The notes beneath the pieces were generated by a model. It did no database searches and was not told the origin of the DNA. It worked only from the letters and a program-made list of their open reading frames with translations. Below are positions 9,744 to 17,542 of a stretch of 64,000 nucleotides of DNA, in pieces. Position numbers and translations under genes: made by a program. This stretch comes from Patescibacteria group bacterium. GTDB taxonomy: Bacteria; Patescibacteriota; Microgenomatia; PFEM01; JAHIFH01. Position 1 is the first letter of the stretch. Every line of letters begins with the position of its first letter. The stretch is from contig DATKWU010000009.1 of NCBI GenBank assembly GCA_035529375.1, forward strand, positions 19,092 through 83,091, read 5' to 3'.

Positions 9744-11022
9744 ATTTAACATCACGATGGAAAAAAGAACAGTTATTATCGGCATTGATGGTGTCCCTTT
9801 TGGTTTGATGAACAATTTATCGGAAAAAGGGGTAATGCCTCATTTTAAAAAATTAAAAAATGAAGGTGTTTTTAAAAAAATGCGTTCTTCTATTCCACCC
9901 ATTTCGTCTATCTCCTGGATTTCAATTATTACTGGTAAAAATCCTGGTGAACATGGAATTTTTGGTTTTATGGAACTTATGCCTAAAACTTATACTCTTC
10001 ACTTTCCTAATTTTAATGATGTCCAAGAAAAACCCTTTTGGTTAAAAAAGAGGAATAAAAAATTTGCTATTATTAATGTTCCCTCCACTTATCCACCCAA
10101 ACCTCTTAATGGTATTCATCTCTCTGGTTTTATCTCCCTAGATTTAGAAAAAGCTGTTTACCCTCCTGAGCTCTTTCCTAAATTAAAAGAAATGAATTAC
10201 CAAGTCGATGTTGATTCGAGCCTAGCCCACCAATCAATGAGCCTTTTCCTTAAGAAACTGAACGAAACCCTTGAAGCTCGGATTGAAGCTTATCGTTATC
10301 TTTGGAAAAAAGAAGATTGGGATGTTTTTATGTTTGTTTTTACTGGTACTGATCGAATTGGCCATTTTCTCTGGGATGCTTATCGAAATAAAAATCATCA
10401 ATATCATGCCGATTTTCTTGATCATTTTAATAGAATCGATAAAGTGATTGGGGAGATTAGTAAAAAACTAAGAAAAGATGATTCTTTGTTTATGCTTTCT
10501 GATCATGGTATGGGAAAAATGAAAGCTAATGTTAATATTAATTATTTCCTAAAAAAAAGAGGTTTTTTAGATCTTGACAAAAATCTCAAAAGCTATAATC
10601 AGATTACTGAAAAAACCAAAGCTTTTGCCCTCGAGCCAGCTAGAATTTATATTCATCGACAAGGAAAGTATCCTCGAGGAAAAGTAAATAAATCACAAAG
10701 AGAAAAAATTACTAAACAATTAGTCGAGGCTTTTAACTCTCTAAAATACGAAAATCGAAAAGTAATTAAAAAGATTTATCATAAAGAAGAAATTTACCAA
10801 GGAAAATGTTTAAATCAAGCACCAGATCTGGTCCTGTTACCTCGATCTGGATTCCGCTTTCGAGCTAATATTGATAAAGAAACTCTTTTTGAAAAAGATG
10901 TTTTTTCTGGAGAACATACTTTAGATGATTCTTTCCTCTTTGTTAGAAGTCCGCAAATAAGAGATTTACCAGAAAATCTAACCGTAGAAGATTTTGTGCC
11001 TCTTTTAGAAAAAACTTTCTAG
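9730..11022 (+). CDS. Alkaline phosphatase superfamily protein (type I phosphodiesterase / nucleotide pyrophosphatase-like), paralog of the preceding gene
   Basis: VIIGIDGVPFGLM...MPHFKKL...IPPISSISWISIITGKNPGEHG carries the same signature as 8088..9743, plus a later DRIGHF histidine motif. 430 aa. Confidence 0.7.
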   Translation: MDISRFNITMEKRTVIIGIDGVPFGLMNNLSEKGVMPHFKKLKNEGVFKKMRSSIPPISSISWISIITGKNPGEHGIFGFMELMPKTYTLHFPNFNDVQEKPFWLKKRNKKFAIINVPSTYPPKPLNGIHLSGFISLDLEKAVYPPELFPKLKEMNYQVDVDSSLAHQSMSLFLKKLNETLEARIEAYRYLWKKEDWDVFMFVFTGTDRIGHFLWDAYRNKNHQYHADFLDHFNRIDKVIGEISKKLRKDDSLFMLSDHGMGKMKANVNINYFLKKRGFLDLDKNLKSYNQITEKTKAFALEPARIYIHRQGKYPRGKVNKSQREKITKQLVEAFNSLKYENRKVIKKIYHKEEIYQGKCLNQAPDLVLLPRSGFRFRANIDKETLFEKDVFSGEHTLDDSFLFVRSPQIRDLPENLTVEDFVPLLEKTF

Positions 11023-11023
11023 A

Positions 11024-11052
11024 TTGCCAATGAGAGTAAAAATGTGTAAGAT
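11024..11052 (+). promoter_or_regulatory. Candidate sigma70-like promoter TTGCCA-17nt-TAAGAT, predicting a near-leaderless transcript for the ORF starting at 11063
   Basis: Direct reading: ttgcca at 11024-11029 and taagat at 11047-11052 with 17-nt spacing. The ATG at 11063 lies about 4-5 nt downstream of the predicted TSS. Confidence 0.3.
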
Positions 11053-11062
11053 ATAAACGATT

Positions 11063-12628
11063 ATGGCCAAACAAATTAAAAAAACTAGAAAAAAAGTAAA
11101 AAAAATGAAGAGAACAACATTTGTTTGTCACAATAAAAACAAAACTTGTTGGAATTGCCCGGCGGCTATCTTTAAGGGTAATGTTGATTTCCGCGCTTGT
11201 GGTCAAGAAAAAAAGGTTGAAAGTTTAAGAGAAGATGGTCAAATCGTGATTGAATGTTCCCGAAGACCTAAACTTGGTCATTATGAACCCAATATTACCT
11301 TTGAACAATGTCCAGAATGGGAAAAAACGAAATATGGTTATCTTCTCAAAAATATGAGAGTGATGATCTTGGGTATTGATGGCTATTTGGGATGGACATT
11401 AGCCCTAAAATTAGGCAAATTAGGTTTTCAAGTAAGCGGAATTGACAACTATACGCGACGAGATTCTGTTATGGAGAGATGCGCCCACACAATTGTTCCT
11501 ATTGCTCGAATGACTAAACGTCTCAAGACAGCAAGAAAAGTATTAGGGATTGATATTAACTTCCGGAAAATGGATATTTGTGATATTGAAAATCTAAAAA
11601 TTTTCCTTGAAGAAGAAAAACCAGAGGCAATTGTTCACTACGCAGAAATCCCTTCAGCTCCGTATAGTATGATCGATGTTGATCATGCCATCCAAGTCCA
11701 AAAAAATAATGTTATTGGTACTCTGGGACTCCTATGGACAATGAAGGATATCGTCCCCAATGCTTCCTTGATTAAATTAGGTACTTTGGGAGAATATGGC
11801 GCCCCATTAACAGGCAGGCCTCTTTTCGAGGGCATGTTCCCGGCTGATGCGATTTTAAAATGGGATAACCGAGAATGGAGCCTTGGAGGTGAATTAACCC
11901 CTCGAGATCCAGTCAGCCTTTACCATGTCAGCAAAGTTCAAGATACTTTTAATGTCTATGAGGCTTGTAAATATTGGTGGCTTCGGTCTTATGACGTCAT
12001 GCAGGGAGTGATTTACGGCGTTCATACTCAAGAGGTCTCAGCTAACCCTAAACTCCGCACCCGGTTGGATATTGACGAATGGTTTGGAACAGTTGTCAAT
12101 AGATTTGTTGCTCAGGTTATTTTAGGCCTTCCTTTAACTATTTATGGCAGTGGCAGTCAAATAAGAGGAATGATTGCTTTAGAAGATGCCATGGAATGTA
12201 TGGTCCGGTTAATTGCTTCGCCGCCTGAGCCAGGTCAATACGCCGTTGTCAATCAAATTTCTGGCCTTCATAAAATAAGCGAATTGGCTGAAACAATTGC
12301 TGAAGTAGGTAGGAAAAAATTTGGTCTGAAAGCAAAAATTCAGAGATTGGAAAATCCTAGGGTTGAAACTGAAGAACACCCTTTTGAAGTTGTCTCCAGA
12401 AATCTTCCTCAATTAGGTTTCAAACCAAAAGTTAGTTTGGAAAAAGAAATTACCAGAATGTTTAAACTTTTAACCAAACGGGAGATTAAAGAAAGAATCA
12501 AGGCCAAAGCTCAACTAGTTTGGCCTAAAACAAGATGGTCAGGAGAAAAAAGAAAATCTGAAGTATTAGAGATATACAAGCCAGGAACTAAAAAAGTAAA
12601 AGGCTATAAAGGCAAACTAGATATCTAA
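11063..12628 (+). CDS. sqdB: UDP-sulfoquinovose synthase (SQD1/Agl3 family, SDR superfamily) with about 97-aa Cys-rich N-terminal extension; alternative start at 11354 (MRVMILG)
   Basis: Strong colinear matches to SQD1 motifs: MILGIDGYLGW (Rossmann GxxGxxG), HYAEIPSAPYSMID, NNVIGTL, KLGTLGEYGAP, VSLYHVSK (catalytic YxxxK), VMQGVIYGVHT, RTRLDIDEWFGTVVNRF, GLPLTIYGSGSQIRG, ENPRVETEEH. The N-terminal 97 aa (C22, C29, C32, C46, C65, C83) has no SQD1 counterpart. Confidence 0.85.
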   Translation: MAKQIKKTRKKVKKMKRTTFVCHNKNKTCWNCPAAIFKGNVDFRACGQEKKVESLREDGQIVIECSRRPKLGHYEPNITFEQCPEWEKTKYGYLLKNMRVMILGIDGYLGWTLALKLGKLGFQVSGIDNYTRRDSVMERCAHTIVPIARMTKRLKTARKVLGIDINFRKMDICDIENLKIFLEEEKPEAIVHYAEIPSAPYSMIDVDHAIQVQKNNVIGTLGLLWTMKDIVPNASLIKLGTLGEYGAPLTGRPLFEGMFPADAILKWDNREWSLGGELTPRDPVSLYHVSKVQDTFNVYEACKYWWLRSYDVMQGVIYGVHTQEVSANPKLRTRLDIDEWFGTVVNRFVAQVILGLPLTIYGSGSQIRGMIALEDAMECMVRLIASPPEPGQYAVVNQISGLHKISELAETIAEVGRKKFGLKAKIQRLENPRVETEEHPFEVVSRNLPQLGFKPKVSLEKEITRMFKLLTKREIKERIKAKAQLVWPKTRWSGEKRKSEVLEIYKPGTKKVKGYKGKLDI

Positions 12629-12632
12629 AAAA

Positions 12633-12944
12633 ATGGATATTTCTACTAGCGAATTCTCTAAAGAGGTCTTAGAATCAAAAACTCCTGTTTTGGTTGAATT
12701 TTGGGCTTCTTGGTGCCTTCCCTGCCAGACAGCCAATTCTTTGTTAGAAGAAATTAAAAAGGAATATAAAAAGAAAATAAAAGTTATTAAAATAAACCTT
12801 GATAAAAATCCAACTTTCTCATCTAAATATAATGTTAAAGGCTTACCCACTTTTATGATTTTTAAAAAAGGAAAGGAAAAAGAAAGAAAGATAGGCGCTC
12901 AATCAAAAGACAATCTTTGTCAAATGATTGAGAAATTTATTTAA
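12633..12944 (+). CDS. trxA: Thioredoxin with atypical WCLPC active site
   Basis: 103 aa. VLVEFWASWCLPCQ plus the downstream GLPTFMIFKKGKE (cis-Pro loop region) is the thioredoxin fold signature. The canonical WCGPC is replaced by WCLPC. Confidence 0.85.
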   Translation: MDISTSEFSKEVLESKTPVLVEFWASWCLPCQTANSLLEEIKKEYKKKIKVIKINLDKNPTFSSKYNVKGLPTFMIFKKGKEKERKIGAQSKDNLCQMIEKFI

Positions 12945-12947
12945 AAA

Positions 12948-13892
12948 ATGAAAATCTTAATTACCGGCGGCTGTGGTTTTATTGGTGTCAATTTAGTCAA
13001 TTATTTACTCAAAAAAACAAATTGGCAAATTAATGTTTTAGATAATCTTAGTATTGGCAAACTTAAAGATTTAAAGACGATTAGTAAAAATTCCAAAAAA
13101 AGAGTTAATTTTTTCAAAGGCGATATTAGAAACAAAAAGGATGTTGAAAAAGCAATAGTTAATTGTCATTACCTTGTCCATTTAGCTGCCCAAACTGGTG
13201 TTATCTCTTCTCAAAAAGATCCTTTTCAAGACGCTGAAATTAATATTTTTGGAACACTCAATCTGCTAGAAGCAAGTAGGAAAAAGGGGTTAGAAAAATT
13301 TATTTTTGCTTCATCTGCCGCTCCGTTAGGCGAACAACAACCACCTCTTGATGAAAAAAAAGTCCCTCAGCCCCTTGCTCCTTATGGAGCTAGTAAATTA
13401 GCTGGTGAAGGCTATTGCAGCGCCTACGCTGGTTCTTTTGGCCTAAAAACTACTGCTTTGAGATTCTCTAGCGCCTATGGTCCCTGGTCTTATCTAAAAG
13501 GAAGTGTTGTCGCTAAGTTTATTAAACAAATAATAAATAAAGAAGCCGTCACTATTTATGGGGATGGTGAGCAAACCCGAGACTTTGTTTATGTTGAGGA
13601 TATTTGTCAGGCTATTTATTTAAGTTTAACCAAGAAACTTACCAATAATTTTAATCTTTTCCAGATTGGAACAGGAAAAGAAACAACTGTTAATAAATTA
13701 TTTCAATTATTAGAAAAAGAATTCTCAAAAAGGAATTACAAGGTGATAAAACCTAAATATGAAAAATCAAGACCAGGTGAAATTAAAAAGAATTATACTA
13801 ATATCTCTAAAGCTAAAAAAATCCTCGATTATAAGCCTCAAACAGAACTTACTGAAGGAATTAAAAAAACGCTTGATTGGTTTCTAAAATAA
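12948..13892 (+). CDS. NAD-dependent nucleotide-sugar epimerase/dehydratase (GalE/UXS-like SDR)
   Basis: MKILITGGCGFIGVNLV (GxxGxxG), PYGASKLAGE (YxxxK), GDGEQTRDFVYVEDI are typical of extended SDR sugar epimerases. 314 aa. Confidence 0.85.
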   Translation: MKILITGGCGFIGVNLVNYLLKKTNWQINVLDNLSIGKLKDLKTISKNSKKRVNFFKGDIRNKKDVEKAIVNCHYLVHLAAQTGVISSQKDPFQDAEINIFGTLNLLEASRKKGLEKFIFASSAAPLGEQQPPLDEKKVPQPLAPYGASKLAGEGYCSAYAGSFGLKTTALRFSSAYGPWSYLKGSVVAKFIKQIINKEAVTIYGDGEQTRDFVYVEDICQAIYLSLTKKLTNNFNLFQIGTGKETTVNKLFQLLEKEFSKRNYKVIKPKYEKSRPGEIKKNYTNISKAKKILDYKPQTELTEGIKKTLDWFLK

Positions 13893-13942
13893 ATTAACTT
13901 TTTCGCTTGAAGATTCTTTTTTATCCATATTTCTATTAGAAT

Positions 13943-13980
13943 TTATCACTAAAAACTAAAGTGTTATACTCTAGTATAAT
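13943..13980 (+). promoter_or_regulatory. Candidate promoter (TTATCA-16nt-TATACT, and a TATAAT abutting the ATG) for the gene 13981..15822
   Basis: Direct reading of the 88-nt intergenic spacer. It is AT-rich, with tatact at 13965-13970 and tataat at 13975-13980 immediately before the ATG at 13981. Confidence 0.25.
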
Positions 13981-15822
13981 ATGTTGATAATAATCAAGAA
14001 GTCAATAAAATATATTTTTCTAATTTTAGGAGTTTCGATTATTTTCCTGTTTAATATTTGGTTAATTAACCAGGGTTCTGGTTTCACTATTCCTAGAGAG
14101 CTTCTTTTCCGAACTCAAGCTGACATCATGAAACCTCTTATTGCCTTTCCAGTTATCCTTGTTTTCTTATTGTTAATCAATAAGTTATTCTCTTCAAAAA
14201 TTAAAAAACTTAGTCATAAACAAAAAACGATTTTAATCTTCCTTTTTTGTTTAGTTTCTGCTTTCAGTCTTTCTTGGACTGTTCAAACAAATCCCGATTC
14301 AGGAACATATCTCGTTGAGTCCAATTATTTAGTTAAAAACGGTGTTATCAAATATTTCAGAGACTGGGGAACTTTTAGTTGTCGATTGACGATGCCAGTA
14401 ATGCCTTTCTTATACGGAACGTCTTTTAAATTAATCAGCAATAAAGCAATAGCCGTAATCCTAGTTAATTTATTAATTTTTCTGGGAATAATTGTTAATA
14501 CTTATCTAATTGGCCGCAGGCTCTTAAATAGTAGAGCGGCCATTTATATAATCATCTTATTTTCAACGACACCCTTTATTATTACCCAATCTCATTTGAT
14601 GCTACTTGATCTCGGCCTGACATTTTTTTTAAGTCTATCTTTTTATTTAATTCTGAAAAATATTGATGAACCTTCATATAAAAAAGGTTTATTAGCAGGT
14701 TTGATATTCTTTATCGCCTCTCTAACAAAAGCAACCGGAATACTTTATTTAACCGCTTTATTCTTATCGTTCTTAATCTGGATTATTATTTGTCAAGAAA
14801 ATAAAAAAACGATCATTTGTTATCTTTTTTCATGGATAACAATGGGTTTCCTTGATCTTATTTATGCTATCTGGAAAAAAGATCTTTATTTTAAAACTTT
14901 AATTACTAATAAGGATATTATTCCCGCTTTTCTGCCCTTAATAATTGTAGGATTATTTTTATTATTAAGCCTTCTATTTTTAATTAAAGGCTATTGGCCC
15001 AAACTCAAGAAGAAGCAATTAAACAAATTTTTTTTAATCGGGATAATTATCTTTTATCTGATTATCTCATTGCTATTTTTATGGGGAGGAAAAAAGGCTT
15101 TTTATCTAAGAACAATATTTATTGGCACTAATATTCCTATCGCTCTCCTTTTTTACTCATCTTTTTATTTTGCTTACAAAAAGAAATTCATGGTACCAAT
15201 AATCTTGATTCCTTGGTTAGCAACGGTAAATTTTATTCATTTTACGATGTTTAAGCATCAACTTTATTCTTATCCAGTAATATTATTACTAGCTGTTTTT
15301 TCTTTAACTTCGTTTTTTAAAAACAAGCAAAAACAAATCAGAGCCATGTTAGTCATCCTTGCTTTTTCTTTGACAATTACCTACTTTTTCTTTTTACCAA
15401 TGATTAATAAGCATGTCAAAAACAATATTAGAGATAGTGTTAGATATGTAAACCAATACGAACCACAAGAAGTTGTTGTTCTTTTTTTCCCTGTAGGGGA
15501 ATTGGGAGAGATGTTTCAAAAGTCACTTGAAAGAACCAGTCGATGCCCTCAACCGCCAAGCATTACTGATTTAATGGCTTTTTATACCAATACTCCTATT
15601 ACTTACGAAAAAACAGACGATTTTATCAACAAATTAGAAAATGGCATCCAGCCCGAGGCTGTATTTTTAGTCTACCATCTCGATCTTCCTGTTGTTGAGA
15701 ATAAAAAGTTAGAAGCCCTGTTAAATGAAAATTATATTGAAGGGCCAATGTTCGACGAAAATAGAGGAGCGGGCGTCTGGCATGTCAAAATTAAGCTTTA
15801 TTACCCTTCAAGGCAAGAATAG
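13981..15822 (+). CDS. Polytopic membrane protein, putative GT-C-type glycosyltransferase with C-terminal soluble domain
   Basis: 613 aa with more than 12 TM segments. The motif IASLTKATGILYL resembles the TK(P)xGIL loop shared with the GT-C-like ORFs at 54856 and 18849. About 130 aa at the C-terminus are hydrophilic. Confidence 0.5.
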   Translation: MLIIIKKSIKYIFLILGVSIIFLFNIWLINQGSGFTIPRELLFRTQADIMKPLIAFPVILVFLLLINKLFSSKIKKLSHKQKTILIFLFCLVSAFSLSWTVQTNPDSGTYLVESNYLVKNGVIKYFRDWGTFSCRLTMPVMPFLYGTSFKLISNKAIAVILVNLLIFLGIIVNTYLIGRRLLNSRAAIYIIILFSTTPFIITQSHLMLLDLGLTFFLSLSFYLILKNIDEPSYKKGLLAGLIFFIASLTKATGILYLTALFLSFLIWIIICQENKKTIICYLFSWITMGFLDLIYAIWKKDLYFKTLITNKDIIPAFLPLIIVGLFLLLSLLFLIKGYWPKLKKKQLNKFFLIGIIIFYLIISLLFLWGGKKAFYLRTIFIGTNIPIALLFYSSFYFAYKKKFMVPIILIPWLATVNFIHFTMFKHQLYSYPVILLLAVFSLTSFFKNKQKQIRAMLVILAFSLTITYFFFLPMINKHVKNNIRDSVRYVNQYEPQEVVVLFFPVGELGEMFQKSLERTSRCPQPPSITDLMAFYTNTPITYEKTDDFINKLENGIQPEAVFLVYHLDLPVVENKKLEALLNENYIEGPMFDENRGAGVWHVKIKLYYPSRQE

Positions 15823-16909
15823 AACCTGATAACAAAACCCAAAAAATTAAGAAATTAACTACTAATGTTAAAAAGCCATCAGTAGCAATGTTTATTTCAA
15901 TATAAGCTGAAGAAAATTCGATTACCTGCCTACCTATTTGTAAAATCAAAAAAAGAGCTAAAACAATTGTAAAAAAATTTTCTGCTACTTCAAAATTGAA
16001 AACCGGCTTTCTTCTAAACAGATGAAAGAGATAAAAGAAAAAGGGAACGAAAAAAAATAAATCTGCTAAAATAAAATTAAGACTGCTGGCTATATTGATA
16101 AACTTCTTAAATAAAAAACGAACCAGAATTAATTTATTGGCTAATAATTGTTCTTGATCAAAATGGTATTTAACCCTAAAAATGGGAAACTGAGGACTAA
16201 TAGCGACTGCGTTCTCGGGCTCTCCTTTAGTTGACTCTATCTCAAAGTGGTAAATTTTCCTATTAGAATTTTCAATTTTCGGAAAACCAAAAGGAAACAA
16301 TTCATCGGGCTGGAATTGGTCAACCTTATATTCATTTTCATAATACCAAGATTCATTACCCTTTTCTTTTAGTCTGAAAATCAAAACATCATCATTAATC
16401 CTACCAAAGGTATTAAAACGAATGGAAATTATTCCTAAATTATCTTCATAAGCAGTAAATTCTCCATCGATTTTTTCGCCAGTTAATAATTCATTTGTTT
16501 TCCAAGAAACTAAACTAGTCCGTTTCTGATCTTGAAATAAAATTGGCAAAGCTTCACCAGAATTAAAAACATTAATAAAGGAAAAACCTAGGCCTAAGAA
16601 TAATAAAAAACCCGGTATTAAAGACCAAGCTACCCATTTCTTATTTATAAATTGCTTAATCTTTCTACTTAAAACAGTTAACTGATTAAAAAAATCTTTC
16701 TTGATTATTTCAAATTCTTTAAAGCCCCTAGCCTCAACTACAATCAGAACTATCAATAATAAGCCAAGTGAGAAAATTATTCTCGCCAAAAGAGAAACAT
16801 CTAAATCTAAACCAAGTCTCAGCTTATCTGCAAGGACTAAACTTACAGAAACGAAAAGAAGAGCACCAAGAAATCTTTTTAAATAATCTATAATTCGTTT
16901 AAACATCAT
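15791..16909 (-). CDS. Hypothetical membrane protein with central soluble domain
   Basis: 372 aa. TM segments at both ends flank about 170 aa of soluble sequence. One soluble segment (YHFEIESTKGEPENAVAIS) resembles FYLESPESNVNDAVEI in ORF 28085..28732. Confidence 0.5.
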   Translation of the reverse strand: MMFKRIIDYLKRFLGALLFVSVSLVLADKLRLGLDLDVSLLARIIFSLGLLLIVLIVVEARGFKEFEIIKKDFFNQLTVLSRKIKQFINKKWVAWSLIPGFLLFLGLGFSFINVFNSGEALPILFQDQKRTSLVSWKTNELLTGEKIDGEFTAYEDNLGIISIRFNTFGRINDDVLIFRLKEKGNESWYYENEYKVDQFQPDELFPFGFPKIENSNRKIYHFEIESTKGEPENAVAISPQFPIFRVKYHFDQEQLLANKLILVRFLFKKFINIASSLNFILADLFFFVPFFFYLFHLFRRKPVFNFEVAENFFTIVLALFLILQIGRQVIEFSSAYIEINIATDGFLTLVVNFLIFWVLLSGSILALKGNKA

Positions 16910-17484
16910 TAATAATAATTTAACAGTTCGTCAGGATCTTTTACTTCGAACCAAAGACTATTACTTATTACTCCATCACTTCTAATCAAACGGAGACTAA
17001 AAGTTCCAAATTCTTTGGGTACTTGTTGTTTGCCTACAACCAATTCGTCGGCCCAGCTTTCAATTAATAATTCCTGATCACCAATCATCACTTTTCCTCT
17101 CCTATGATCGGGAAAGAAATTTTTACCCTTTATTTCAATAGTATTACCCTGAATTCCCCAAAGAGGAGGAAAGATTGAATAAATTTTAGGCAAGAGCCCT
17201 CTTTCTAGCTTCTGATCACGCCATTCTCGATAAACAAAACCAGCCAGAATTATTATTCCAATTAAGAGAAGTGATAAAAATTTCTTTTTTCTCAGAATTT
17301 TCCCCCATTCAACAAAACTTAAGAAAAAAATAAAAACTATCAATAGCGAAGTCGCTATTAAGGGAGGAATTTTAGGCGTTAACATCCAAATTTCAGTCAA
17401 AATAAACTCAATCGGCAAATAAAACAAAATAAAAATACTGACGGCTAAAATGGCGGCAATTAAGTAGTTTAAAATTTTCTCCAT
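16909..17484 (-). CDS. Small membrane protein with C-terminal IPT/TIG-like domain
   Basis: 191 aa with 2-3 N-terminal TM segments. The C-terminal GNTIEIKGKNFFPDHRRGKVMIGDQELLIESWADELVVGKQ...FSLRLIRSDGVISNSLWFEV fits the IPT/TIG beta-sandwich pattern. Has a 1-nt ATGA-type overlap with the upstream gene. Confidence 0.5.
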   Translation of the reverse strand: MEKILNYLIAAILAVSIFILFYLPIEFILTEIWMLTPKIPPLIATSLLIVFIFFLSFVEWGKILRKKKFLSLLLIGIIILAGFVYREWRDQKLERGLLPKIYSIFPPLWGIQGNTIEIKGKNFFPDHRRGKVMIGDQELLIESWADELVVGKQQVPKEFGTFSLRLIRSDGVISNSLWFEVKDPDELLNYY

Positions 17485-17542
17485 TATTATCTCAATTTAT
17501 TGTAAAGCTTAATAATAACCAGTTCAATTTGAAAATTAACCT

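Noticed and set aside
10943-11206. 87-aa minus-strand ORF overlapping the 5' region of the SQD1-like gene
   Set aside because: Antisense to the end of the phosphodiesterase gene and to the N-terminal extension of the SQD1-like ORF. It has no recognisable motif and is more likely a shadow ORF. It does, however, add slight uncertainty about whether 11063-11353 is coding.
12209-12850. Minus-strand small ORFs 12209..12412 and 12617..12850
   Set aside because: Both are antisense to strongly supported genes (SQD1 homolog; thioredoxin). They are shadow ORFs.
13964-13980. Near-palindromic tatactctagtataat immediately upstream of ATG 13981, considered as an operator
   Set aside because: On checking the reverse complement it is not a true palindrome (TATACTCTAGTATA vs TATACTAGAGTATA). 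It is better explained as overlapping AT-rich -10-like elements. Kept only as a low-confidence promoter candidate.
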